A DNA stretch of 64,000 bases, taken from positions 558,001-622,000 of the forward strand of contig CAXHJY010000105.1 of NCBI GenBank assembly GCA_964016885.1. Direction: 5' to 3'. The first letter of the stretch is position 1; each line of letters begins with the position of its first letter. The notes under the pieces are model-generated. The model was not told the origin of the DNA. It worked only from the letters and a program-made list of their open reading frames with translations, and made no database searches. The translations under genes and the position numbers were made by a program. This DNA comes from Eledone cirrhosa. Lineage: Eukaryota. Below, piece by piece: positions 1-15,500 of this stretch.

Positions 1-3000
1 AATATAAGGATACAGAACACTTGACCTAACATAAGGATACAGAACACGTGACCTAACATAAAGATACAGAACACTTGACCTGACATAAGGATACAGAACC
101 CTTGACCTAACAAGGATACAGAACACTTGACCTAACATAAGGATAGGGAACACTTGACCTAACATAAGGATACAGAACACGTGACCTAACATAAGGATAC
201 AGAACACTTGACCTAACATAAGGATACAGAACCCTTGACCTAACAAGGATACAGAACACTTGACCTAACATAAGGATACAGAACACTTGACCTAAATATA
301 AGGATACAGAACACTTGACCTGACATAAGGATACAGAACAGTTGACCTAACATAAGGATGCAGAACACTTGACCTAACAAGGATACAGAACACTTGACCT
401 AACATAAGGATACAGAACACTTGACCTAACATAAGGATACAGAACATTTGACCTAACATAAGGATACAGAACCCTTGACCTAACATAAGGATACAGAACC
501 CTTGATCTAACATAAGGATACAGAAGACTTGACCTAACATAACCATACAGAACACTTGACCTAACATAAGGATACAGAACACCTGACCTAACATAAGGAT
601 ACAGATCACCGGACCTAACGAGCATACAGAACACCTGACCTAACATAAGGATACAGAACACCTGACCTGACATAAGGATACAGAACACTTGACTTAACGT
701 AAGGATACAGAACACTTGACTTAACGTAAGGATACAGAACACTTGACTTAACGTAAGGATACAGAACACTTGACCTAACATAAGGATACAAAACCCTTGA
801 CCTAACATAATGATACAGAAGAATTGACCTAACATAAGGATACAGAACCCTTGACCTAACATAGGGATACAGAACACTTGACCTAACATAAGGATACAAA
901 ACACTTGACCTAACATAAGGATACAAAACACTTGACCTAACATAAGGATACAAAACACTTGACCTAACATAGGGATATAGGGATACAGAACCCTTGACCT
1001 AACATAGGGATACAGAACACTTGATCTAACATAAGGATACAGAACCCTTGACCTAACATAAGGATACAGAACCCTTGACCTAACGTAAGGATACAAAACA
1101 CTTCACCTGACATATGGATACAGAACCCTTGACCTAACAAGGATACAGAACACTTGACCTAACATAAGGATACAGAACACTTGACCTAACATAAGGATAC
1201 AGAACACTTGACCTAACATAAGGATACAGAACCCTTGACCTAACATAAGGATACAGAAGAATTGACCTAACATAACCATACAGAACACTTGACCTAACAT
1301 AAGGATACAGAACACCTGACATAACATAAGGATACAGAACAACTTACCTGACATAAGGATACAGAACACTTGACTTAACGTAAGGATACAGAACACTTGA
1401 CCTAACGTAAGGATACAGAACACTTGACCTAACATAAGGATACAAAACCCTTGACCTAACATAAGGTTACAGAACACTTGACCTAACATAAGGATACAAA
1501 ACCCTTGACAAAACATAAGGATACAGAACACCTGACCTCACATTAGGATACAGAACACTTGACCTAACATAAGGATACAGAACACTTGACCTAACATAAG
1601 GATACAGAACACTTGACCTAACATAAGGATACAGAACCCTTGACCTAACGTAAGGATACAAAACACTTGACCTAACATAAGGATACAAAACACTTGACCT
1701 AACATAGGGATACAGAACCCTTGACCTAACAGGGATACAGAACACTTGACCTAACATAAGGATACAGAACCCTTGACCTAACATAAGTATACAGAACCCT
1801 TGACCTAACATAATGATACAGAACACTTGACCTAACATAAGGATACAGAACCCTTGACCTAACGTAAGGATACAAAACACTTGACCTAACATAAGGATAC
1901 AAAACCCTTGACCTAACATAAGGATACAGAAGAATTGACCTAACATAAGGATACAGAACCCTTGACCTGACATAAGTATACAGAACACTTGACCTAACAT
2001 AAGGATACAGAACACTTGACCTAACATAAGGATACAGAACACCTGACCTAACAAGGATACAGAACACTTGACCTAACATAATGATACAGAACCCTTGACC
2101 TAACATAAGGATACAGAACACCTGACCTCACATTAGGATACAGAACACTTGACCTAACATAAGGATACAGAACACTTGACCTAACATAAGGATACAGAAC
2201 ACTTGACCTAACATAAGGATACAGAACCCTTGACCTAACGTAAGGCTACAAAACACTTGACCTAACATAAGGATACAAAACACTTGACCTAACATAAGGA
2301 TACAGAACACTTGACCTAACATAAGGATACAGAACACCTGACCTCACATTAGGATACAGAACACTTGACCTAACATAAGGATACAGAACACTTGACCTAA
2401 CATAAGGATACAGAACACTTGACCTAACATAAGGATACAGAACCCTTGACCTAACGTAAGGCTACAAAACACTTGACCTAACATAAGGATACAAAACCCT
2501 TGACCTAACATAAGGATACAGAAGAATTGACCTAACATAAGGATACAGAACCCTTGACCTGACATAAGTATACAGAACACTTGACCTAACATAAGGATAC
2601 AGAACACTTGACCTAACATAAGGATACAGAACACCTGACCTCACATTAGAATACAGAACACTTGACCTAACATAAGGATACAGAACACTTGACCTAACAT
2701 AAGGATACAGAACACTTGACCTAACATAAGGATACAGAACCCTTGACCTAACGTAAGGCTACAAAACACTTGACCTAACATAAGGATACAAAACACTTGA
2801 CCTAACATAAGGATACAGAACCCTTGACCTAACATAAGGATACAGAACACCTGACCTCACATTAGGATACAGAACACTTGACCTAACATAAGGATACAGA
2901 ACACTTGACCTAACAAGGATACAGAACACTTGACCTAACATAAGGATACAGAACCCTTGACCTAACGTAAGGCTACAAAACACTTGACCTAACATAAGGA

Positions 3001-6000
3001 TACAAAACACTTGACCTAACATAAGGATACAAAACCCTTGACCTAACATAAGGATACAGAACACCTGACCTCACATTAGGATACAGAACACTTGACCTAA
3101 CATAAAGTTACAGAACACTTGACCTAACATAAGGATACAGAACACTTGACCTAACGTAAAGATACAGAACACTTGACCTGACATAAGGATACAGAACCCT
3201 TGACCTAACAGGTATACAGAACACTTGACCTAACATAAGGATACAGAACACTTGACCTAACATAAGGATACAGAACCCTTGACCTAACATAATGATACAG
3301 AACACTTGACCTGACATAAGGATACAGAACACTTGACCTAACAAGGATACAGAACACTTGACCTAACATAAGGATACAGAACCCTTGACCTAACATAGGG
3401 ATACAGAACTCTTGACCTAACATAAGGATACAGAACATTTGACCTAACATAAGGATACAGAACACTTGACCTAACATAAGGATACAGAACACTTGACCTA
3501 ACATAAGGATACAGAACCCTTGACCTGACATAAGGATACAGAACACTTGACTTAACGTAAGGATACAGAACACTTGACCTAACGTAAGGATACAGAACAC
3601 TTGACCTGACATAATGATACAAAACCCTTGACCTAACATAAGGATACAGAAGAATTGACCTAACATAAGGATACAGAACCCTTGACCTGACATAAGGATA
3701 CAGAACACTTGACCTAACATAAGGATACAGAACACTTGACCTAACATAAGGATACAGAACACCTGACCTAACAAGGATACAGAACACTTGACCTAACATA
3801 AGGATACAGAACCCATGACCTAACATAAGGATACAGAACACCTGACCTGACATTAGGATACAGAACACTTGACCTCACATAAGGATACAGAACACTTGAC
3901 CTAACATAAGGATACAGAACACTTGACCTAACATAAGGATACAGAACCCTTGACCTAACATAAGGATACAAAACACTTGACCTAACATAAGGATACAAAA
4001 CACTTGACCTAACATAAGGATACAAAACACTTGACCTAACATAGTGATATAGGGATACAGAACCCTTGACCTAACATAGGGATACAGAACAACTTGACCT
4101 AACATAAGGATACAGAACCCTTGACCTAACATAAGGATACAGAACCCTTGACCTAACATAAGGATACAGAACCCTTGACCTAACGTAAGGATACAAAACA
4201 CTTGACCTAACATAAGGATACAAAACACTTGACCTAACATAGGGATACAGAACCCTTGACCTAACATAGGGATACAGAACACTTGACCTAACATAAGGAT
4301 ACAAAACACTTGACCTAACATAAGGATACAAAACACTTGACCTAACATAAGGATACAAAACACTTGACCTAACATAGGGATATAGGGATACAGAACCCTT
4401 GACCTAACATAGGGATACAGAACACTTGACCTAACATAAGGATACAGAACCCTTGACCTAACGTAAGGATACAAAACACTTGACCTGACATAAGGATACA
4501 GAACCCTTGACCTAACAAGGATACAGAACACTTGACCTAACAAGGATACAGAACCCTTGACCTAACATAAGGATACAGAAGAATTGACCTAACATAACCA
4601 TACAGAACACTTGACCTAACATAAGGATACAGAACACCTGACATAACATAAGGATACAGAACAACTTACCTGACATAAGGATACAGAACACTTGACTTAA
4701 CGTAAGGATACAGAACACTTGACCTAACGTAAGGATACAGAACACTTGACCTAACATAAGGATACAAAACCCTTGACCTAACATAAGGATACAGAAGAAT
4801 TGACCTAACATAAGGATACAGAACCCTTGACCTGACATAAGGATACAGAACACTTGACCTAACATAAGGATACAGAACACTTGACCTAACATAAGGATAC
4901 AGAACACCTGACCTAACAAGGATACAGAACACTTGACCTAACATAAGGATACAGAACCCTTGACCTAACATAAGGATACAGAACCCTTGACCTAACATAA
5001 GGATACAAAACCCTTGACAAAACATAAGGATACAGAACACCTGACCTCACATTAGGATACAGAACACTTGACCTAACATAAGGATACAGAAAACTTGACC
5101 TAACATAAGGATACAGAACACTTGACCTAACATAAGGATACAGAACCCTTGACCTAACGTAAGGATACAAAACACTTGACCTAACATAAGGATACAAAAC
5201 ACTTGACCTAACATAGGGATACAGAACCCTTGACCTAACAGGGATACAGAACACTTGACCTAACATAAGGATACAGAACCCTTGACCTAACATAAGGATA
5301 CAGAACCCTTGACCTAACATAAGGATACAGAACACTTGACCTAACGTAAGGATACAAAACCCTTGACCTAACGTAAGGATACAAAACACTTGACCTAACA
5401 TAAGGATACAAAATACTTGACCTAACATAGGGATACAGAACCCTTGACCTAACATAGGGATACAGAACACTTGACCTAACATAAGGATACAGAACCCTTG
5501 ACCTAACATAAGGATACAGAACCCTTGACCTAACATAAGGATACAGAACACTTGACCTAACATAAGGATACAGAAACTTGACCTAACATAAGGATACAGA
5601 ACACTTGACCTAATATAAGGATACAGAACACTTGACCTAACATAAGGATACAGAACACGTGACCTAACATAAAGATACAGAACACTTGACCTGACATAAG
5701 GATACAGAACCCTTGACCTAACAAGGATACAGAACACTTGACCTAACATAAGGATAGGGAACACTTGACCTAACATAAGGATACAGAACACGTGACCTAA
5801 CATAAGGATACAGAACACTTGACCTAACATAAGGATACAGAACCCTTGACCAAACAAGGATACAGAACACTTGACCTAACATAAGGATACAGAACACTTG
5901 ACCTAAATATAAGGATACAGAACACTTGACCTGACATAAGGATACAGAACAGTTGACCTAACATAAGGATGCAAAACACTTGACCTAACAAGGATACAGA

Positions 6001-7170
6001 ACACTTGACCTAACATAAGGATACAGAACACTTGACCTAACATAAGGATACAGAACATTTGACCTAACATAAGGATACAGAACCCTTGACCTAACATAAG
6101 GATACAGAACCCTTGATCTAACATAAGGATACAGAAGACTTGACCTAACATAACCATACAGAACACTTGACCTAACATAAGGATACAGAACACCTGACCT
6201 AACATAAGGATACAGATCACCGGACCTAACGAGCATACAGAACACCTGACCTAACATAAGGATACAGAACACCTGACCTGACATAAGGATACAGAACACT
6301 TGACTTAACGTAAGGATACAGAACACTTGACTTAACGTAAGGATACAGAACACTTGACTTAACGTAAGGATACAGAACACTTGACCTAACATAAGGATAC
6401 AAAACCCTTGACCTAACATAAGGATACAGAAGAATTGACCTAACATAAGGATACAGAACCCTTGACCTAACATAGGGATACAGAACACTTGACCTAACAT
6501 AAGGATACAAAACACTTGACCTAACATAAGGATACAAAACACTTGACCTAACATAAGGATACAAAACACTTGACCTAACATAGGGATATAGGGATACAGA
6601 ACCCTTGACCTAACATAGGGATACAGAACACTTGATCTAACATAAGGATACAGAACCCTTGACCTAACATAAGGATACAGAACCCTTGACCTAACGTAAG
6701 GATACAAAACACTTCACCTGACATATGGATACAGAACCCTTGACCTAACAAGGATACAGAACACTTGACCTAACATAAGGATACAGAACACTTGACCTAA
6801 CATAAGGATACAGAACACTTGACCTAACATAAGGATACAGAACCCTTGACCTAACATAAGGATACAGAAGAATTGACCTAACATAACCATACAGAACACT
6901 TGACCTAACATAAGGATACAGAACACCTGACATAACATAAGGATACAGAACAACTTACCTGACATAAGGATACAGAACACTTGACTTAACGTAAGGATAC
7001 AGAACACTTGACCTAACGTAAGGATACAGAACACTTGACCTAACATAAGGATACAAAACCCTTGACCTAACATAAGGTTACAGAACACTTGACCTAACAT
7101 AAGGATACAAAACCCTTGACAAAACATAAGGATACAGAACACCTGACCTCACATTAGGATACAGAACACT
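1..7170. repeat. Duplicated block: ~1-1560 repeated at ~5612-7170 (offset 5611); further copies near 8.55-10.0 kb and 22.2-23.65 kb
   Basis: Identical or near-identical ORF translations at 292/5903/8786/22401, 374/5985/8868/22483 and 1103/6714/9597/23212. Confidence 0.9.
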
Positions 7171-9599
7171 TGACCTAACATAAGGATACAGAACCCTTGA
7201 CCTAACCTAAGGATACAAAACACTTGACCTAACATAAGGATACAAAACCCTTGACCTAACATAAGGATACAGAAGAATTGACCTAACATAAGGATACAGA
7301 ACCCTTGACCTGACATAAGTATACAGAACACTTGACCTAACATAAGGATACAGAACACTTGACCTAACATAAGGATACAGAACACCTGAGCTAACAAGGA
7401 TACAGAACACTTGACCTAACATAATGATACAGAACCCTTGACCTAACATAAGGATACAGAACACCTGACCTCACATTAGGATACAGAACACTTGACCTAA
7501 CATAAGGATACAGAACACTTGACCTAACATAAGGATACAGAACACTTGACCTAACATAAGGATACAGAACCCTTGACCTAACGTAAGGCTACAAAACACT
7601 TGACCTAACATAAGGATACAAAACACTTGACCTAACATAAGGATACAGAACACTTGACCTAACATAAGGATACAGAACACCTGACCTCACATTAGGATAC
7701 AGAACACTTGACCTAACATAAGGATACAGAACACTTGACCTAACATAAGGATACAGAACACTTGACCTAACATAAGGATACAGAACCCTTGACCTAACGT
7801 AAGGCTACAAAACACTTGACCTAACATAAGGATACAAAACCCTTGACCTAACATAAGGATACAGAAGAATTGACCTAACATAAGGATACAGAACCCTTGA
7901 CCTGACATAAGTATACAGAACACTTGACCTAACATAAGGATACAGAACACTTGACCTAACATAAGGATACAGAACACCTGACCTAACAAGGATACAGAAT
8001 ACTTGACCTAACATAAGGATACAGAACCCTTGACCTAACATAAGGATACAGAACACCTGACCTCACATTAGAATACAGAACATCTTGACCTAACATAAGG
8101 ATACAGAACACTTGACCTAACATAAGGATACAGAACACTTGACCTAACATAAGGATACAGAACCCTTGACCTAACATAAGGCTACAAAACACTTGACCTA
8201 ACATAAGGATACAAAACACTTGACCTAACATAAGGATACAGAACCCTTGACCTAACATAAGGATACAGAACACCTGACCTCACATTAGGATACAGAACAC
8301 TTGACCTAACATAAGGATACAGAACACTTGACCTAACAAGGATACAGAACACTTGACCTAACATAAGGATACAGAACCCTTGACCTAACGTAAGGCTACA
8401 AAACACTTGACCTAACATAAGGATACAAAACACTTGACCTAACATAAGGATACAGAACCCTTGACCTAACATAAGGATACAGAACACCTGACCTCACATT
8501 AGGATACAGAACACTTGACCTAACATAAAGTTACAGAACACTTGACCTAACATAAGGATACAGAACACGTGACCTAACATAAAGATACAGAACACTTGAC
8601 CTGACATAAGGATACAGAACCCTTGACCTAACAAGGATACAGAACACTTGACCTAACATAAGGATAGGGAACACTTGACCTAACATAAGGATACAGAACA
8701 CTTGACCTAACATAAGGATACAGAACCCTTGACCAAACAAGGATACAGAACACTTGACCTAACATAAGGATACAGAACACTTGACCTAAATATAAGGATA
8801 CAGAACACTTGACCTGACATAAGGATACAGAACAGTTGACCTAACATAAGGATGCAAAACACTTGACCTAACAAGGATACAGAACACTTGACCTAACATA
8901 AGGATACAGAACACTTGACCTAACATAAGGATACAGAACATTTGACCTAACATAAGGATACAGAACCCTTGACCTAACATAAGGATACAGAACTCTTGAT
9001 CTAACATAAGGATACAGAAGACTTGACCTAACATAACCATACAGAACACTTGACCTAACATAAGGATACAGAACACCTGACCTAACATAAGGATACAGAT
9101 CACCGGACCTAACGAGCATACAGAACACCTGACCTAACATAAGGATACAGAACACCTGACCTGACATAAGGATACAGAACACTTGACTTAACGTAAGGAT
9201 ACAGAACACTTGACTTAACGTAAGGATACAGAACACTTGACTTAACGTAAGGATACAGAACACTTGACCTAACATAAGGATACAAAACCCTTGACCTAAC
9301 ATAAGGATACAGAAGAATTGACCTAACATAAGGATACAGAACCCTTGACCTAACATAGGTATACAGAACACTTGACCTAACATAAGGATACAAAACACTT
9401 GACCTAACATAAGGATACAAAACACTTGACCTAACATAAGGATACAAAACACTTGACCTAACATAGGGATATAGGGATACAGAACCCTTGACCTAACATA
9501 GGGATACAGAACACTTGATCTAACATAAGGATACAGAACCCTTGACCTAACATAAGGATACAGAACCCTTGACCTAACGTAAGGATACAAAACACTTCA

Positions 9600-12500
9600 C
9601 CTGACATATGGATACAGAACCCTTGACCTAACAAGGATACAGAACACTTGACCTAACATAAGGATACAGAACACTTGACCTAACATAAGGATACAGAACA
9701 CTTGACCTAACATAAGGATACAGAACCCTTGACCTAACATAAGGATACAGAAGAATTGACCTAACATAACCATACAGAACACTTGACCTAACATAAGGAT
9801 ACAGAACACCTGACATAACATAAGGATACAGAACAACTTACCTGACATAAGGATACAGAACACTTGACTTAACGTAAGGATACAGAACACTTGACCTAAC
9901 GTAAGGATACAGAACACTTGACCTAACATAAGGATACAAAACCCTTGACCTAACATAAGGTTACAGAACACTTGACCTAACATAAGGATACAAAACCCTT
10001 GACAAAACATAAGGATACAGAACACCTGACCTCACATTAGGATACAGAACACTTGACCTAACATAAGGATACAGAACACTTGACCTAACATAACGATACA
10101 GAACACTTGACCTAACATAAGGATACAGAACCCTTGACCTAACGTAAGGATACAAAACACTTGACCTAACATAAGGATACAAAACACTTGCCCTAACATA
10201 GGGATACAGAACCCTTGACCTAACAGGGATACAGAACACTTGACCTAACATAAGGATACAGAACCCTTGACCTAACATAAGTATACAGAACCCTTGACCT
10301 AACATAATGATACAGAACACTTGACCTAACATAAGGATACAGAACCCTTGACCTAACATAAGGATACAAAACACTTGACCTAACATAAGGATACAAAACC
10401 CTTGACCTAACATAAGGATACAGAAGAATTGACCTAACATAAGGATACAGAACCCTTGACCTGACATAAGTATACAGAACACTTGACCTAACATAAGGAT
10501 ACAGAACACTTGACCTAACATAAGGATACAGAACACCTGAGCTAACAAGGATACAGAACACTTGACCTAACATAATGATACAGAACCCTTGACCTAACAT
10601 AAGGATACAGAACACCTGACCTCACATTAGGATACAGAACACTTGACCTAACATAAGGATACAGAACACTTGACCTAACATAAGGATACAGAACACTTGA
10701 CCTAACATAAGGATACAGAACCCTTGACCTAACATAAGGATACAGAACACCTGACCTCACATTAGGATACAGAACACTTGACCTAACATAAGGATACAGA
10801 ACACTTGACCTAACATAAGGATACAGAACCCTTGACCTAACATAAGGATACAGAACCCTTGACCTAACGTAAGGCTACAAAACACTTGACCTAACATAAG
10901 GATACAAAACCCTTGACCTAACATAAGGATACAGAAGAATTGACCTAACATAAGGATACAGAACCCTTGACCTGACATAAGTATACAGAACACTTGACCT
11001 AACATAAGGATACAGAACACTTGACCTAACATAAGGATACAGAACACCTGACCTAACAAGGATACAGAATACTTGACCTAACATAAGGATACAGAACCCT
11101 TGACCTAACATAAGGATACAGAACACCTGACCTCACATTAGAATACAGAACACTTGACCTAACAAGGATACAGAATACTTGACCTAACATAAGGATACAG
11201 AACACTTGACCTAACATAAGGATACAGAACACCTGACCTCACATTAGAATACAGAACACCTGACCTAACAAGGATACAGAATACTTGACCTAACATAAGG
11301 ATACAGAACACTTGACCTAACATAAGGATACAGAACACTTGACCTAACATAAGGATACAGAACACTTGACCTAACATAAGGATACAGAACCCTTGACCTA
11401 ACATAAGGATACAGAACACTTGACCTAACATAAGGATACAAAACACTTGACCTAACATAAGGATACAGAACCCTTGACCTAACATAAGGATACAGAACAC
11501 CTGACCTCACATTAGGATACAGAACACTTGACCTAACATAAGGATACAGAACACTTGACCTAACAAGGATACAGAACACTTGACCTAACATAAGGATACA
11601 GAACCCTTGACCTAACGTAAGGCTACAAAACACTTGACCTAACATAAGGATACAAAACACTTGACCTAACATAAGGATACAGAACCCTTGACCTAACATA
11701 AGGATACAGAACACCTGACCTCACATTAGGATACAGAACACTTGACCTAACATAAGGATACAGAACACTTGACCTAACAAGGATACAGAACACTTGACCT
11801 AACATAAGGATACAGAACCCTTGACCTAACGTAAGGCTACAAAACACTTGACCTAACATAAGGATACAAAACCCTTGACCTAACATAAGGATACAGAAGA
11901 ATTGACCTAACATAAGGATACAGAACCCTTGACCTGACATAAGTATACAAAACACTTGACCTAACATAAGGATACAGAACCCTTGACCTAACATAAGGAT
12001 ACAGAACACCTGACCTCACATTAGGATACAGAACACTTGACCTAACATAAAGTTACAGAACACTTGACCTAACATAAGGATACAGAACCCTTGACCTAAC
12101 AAGTATACAGAACACTTGACCTAACATAAGGATACAGAACCCTTGACCTAACATAATGATACAGAACACTTGACCTGACATAAGGATACAGAACACTTGA
12201 CCTAACAAGGATACAGAAGAATTGACCTAACATAAGGATACAGAACCCTTGACCTAACATAGGGATACAGAACACTTGACCTAACATAAGGATACAAAAC
12301 ACTTGACCTAACATAAGGATACAAAACACTTGACCTAACATAAGGATACAAAACACTTGACCTAACATAGGGATATAGGGATACAGAACCCTTGACCTAA
12401 CATAAGGATACAGAACCCTTGACCTAACATAAGGATACAGAACCCTTGACCTAACATAAGGATACAGAACCCTTGACCTAACATAAGGATACAGAAGAAT

Positions 12501-15500
12501 TGACCTAACATAAGGATACAGAACACTTGACCTAACATAAGGATACAGAACCCTTGACCTAACATAAGGATACAGAAGAATTGACCTAACATAACCATAC
12601 AGAACACTTGACCTAACGTAAGGATACAGAACACCTGACATAACATAAGGATACAGAACAACTTACCTGACATAAGGATACAGAACACTTGACTTAACGT
12701 AAGGATACAGAACACTTGACCTAACGTAAGGATACAGAACACTTGACCTAACATAAGGATACAAAACCCTTGACCTAACATAAGGTTACAGAACACTTGA
12801 CCTAACATAAGGATACAAAACCCTTGACAAAACATAAGGATACAGAACACCTGACCTCACATTAGGATACAGAACACTTGACCTAACATAAGGATACAGA
12901 ACACTTGACCTAACATAACGATACAGAACACTTGACCTAACATAAGGATACAGAACCCTTGACCTAACGTAAGGATACAAAACACTTGACCTAACATAAG
13001 GATACAAAACACTTGCCCTAACATAGGGATACAGAACCCTTGACCTAACAGGGATACAGAACACTTGACCTAACATAAGGATACAGAACCCTTGACCTAA
13101 CATAAGTATACAGAACCCTTGACCTAACATAATGATACAGAACACTTGACCTAACATAAGGATACAGAACCCTTGACCTAACATAAGGATACAAAACACT
13201 TGACCTAACATAAGGATACAAAACCCTTGACCTAACATAAGGATACAGAAGAATTGACCTAACATAAGGATACAGAACCCTTGACCTGACATAAGTATAC
13301 AGAACACTTGACCTAACATAAGGATACAGAACACTTGACCTAACATAAGGATACAGAACACCTGAGCTAACAAGGATACAGAACACTTGACCTAACATAA
13401 TGATACAGAACCCTTGACCTAACATAAGGATACAGAACACCTGACCTCACATTAGGATACAGAACACTTGACCTAACATAAGGATACAGAACACTTGACC
13501 TAACATAAGGATACAGAACACTTGACCTAACATAAGGATACAGAACCCTTGACCTAACGTAAGGCTACAAAACACTTGACCTAACATAAGGATACAAAAC
13601 ACTTGACCTAACATAAGGATACAGAACACTTGACCTAACATAAGGATACAGAACACCTGACCTCACATTAGGATACAGAACACTTGACCTAACATAAGGA
13701 TACAGAACACTTGACCTAACATAAGGATACAGAACACTTGACCTAACATAAGGATACAGAACCCTTGACCTAACGTAAGGCTACAAAACACTTGACCTAA
13801 CATAAGGATACAAAACCCTTGACCTAACATAAGGATACAGAAGAATTGACCTAACATAAGGATACAGAACCCTTCACCTGACATAAGTATACAGAACACT
13901 TGACCTAACATAAGGATACAGAACACTTGACCTAACATAAGGATACAGAACACCTGACCTAACAAGGATACAGAATACTTGACCTAACATAAGGATACAG
14001 AACCCTTGACCTAACATAAGGATACAGAACACCTGACCTCACATTAGAATACAGAACACTTGACCTAACATAAGGATACAGAACACTTGACCTAACATAA
14101 GGATACAGAACACTTGACCTAACATAAGGATACAGAACCCTTGACCTAACATAAGGCTACAAAACACTTGACCTAACATAAGGATACAAAACACTTGACC
14201 TAACATAAGGATACAGAACCCTTGACCTAACATAAGGATACAGAACACCTGACCTCACATTAGGATACAGAACACTTGACCTAACATAAGGATACAGAAC
14301 ACTTGACCTAACAAGGATACAGAACACTTGACCTAACATAAGGATACAGAACCCTTGACCTAACGTAAGGCTACAAAACACTTGACCTAACATAAGGATA
14401 CAAAACACTTGACCTAACATAAGGATACAGAACCCTTGACCTAACATAAGGATACAGAACACCTGACCTAACATAAGGATACAGAACCCCTGACCTCACA
14501 TAAGGATACAGAACACCTGACCTCACATTAGGATACAGAACACTTGACCTAACATAAAGTTACAGAACACTTGACCTAACATAAGGATACAGAACCCTTG
14601 ACCTAACAAGTATACAGAACACTTGACCTAACATAAGGATACAGAACCCTTGACCTAACATAATGATACAGAACACTTGACCTGACATAAGGATACAGAA
14701 CACTTGACCTAACAAGGATACAGAAGAATTGACCTAACATAAGGATACAGAACCCTTGACCTAACATAAGGATACAAAACACTTGACCTAACATAAGGAT
14801 ACAAAACACTTGACCTAACATAAGGATACAAAACACTTGACCTAACATAGGGATATAGGGATACAGAACCCTTGACCTAACATAGGGATACAGAACACTT
14901 GATCTAACATAAGGATACAGAACCCTTGACCTAACATAAGGATACAGAACCCTTGACCTAACGTAAGGATACAAAACACTTCACCTGACATATGGATACA
15001 GAACCCTTGACCTAACAAGGATACAGAACACTTGACCTAACATAAGGATACAGAACACTTGACCTAACATAAGGATACAGAACACTTGACCTAACATAAG
15101 GATACAGAACACCTGACATAACATAAGGATACAGAACAACTTACCTGACATAAGGATACAGAACACTTGACTTAACGTAAGGATACAGAACACTTGACCT
15201 AACGTAAGGATACAGAACACTTGACCTAACATAAGGATACAAAACCCTTGACCTAACATAAGGTTACAGAACACTTGACCTAACATAAGGATACAAAACC
15301 CTTGACAAAACATAAGGATACAGAACACCTGACCTCACATTAGGATACAGAACACTTGACCTAACATAAGGATACAGAACACTTGACCTAACATAACGAT
15401 ACAGAACACTTGACCTAACATAAGGATACAGAACCCTTGACCTAACGTAAGGATACAAAACACTTGACCTAACATAAGGATACAAAACACTTGCCCTAAC

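Noticed and set aside
8071-8090. Singleton 1-bp insertion AGAACATCTTGACC (similarly AGAACAACTTGACC at ~4086) giving a 3-bp half-site spacer
   Set aside because: It is absent from the paralogue at ~21690. These are single occurrences that may be sequencing errors or private mutations.
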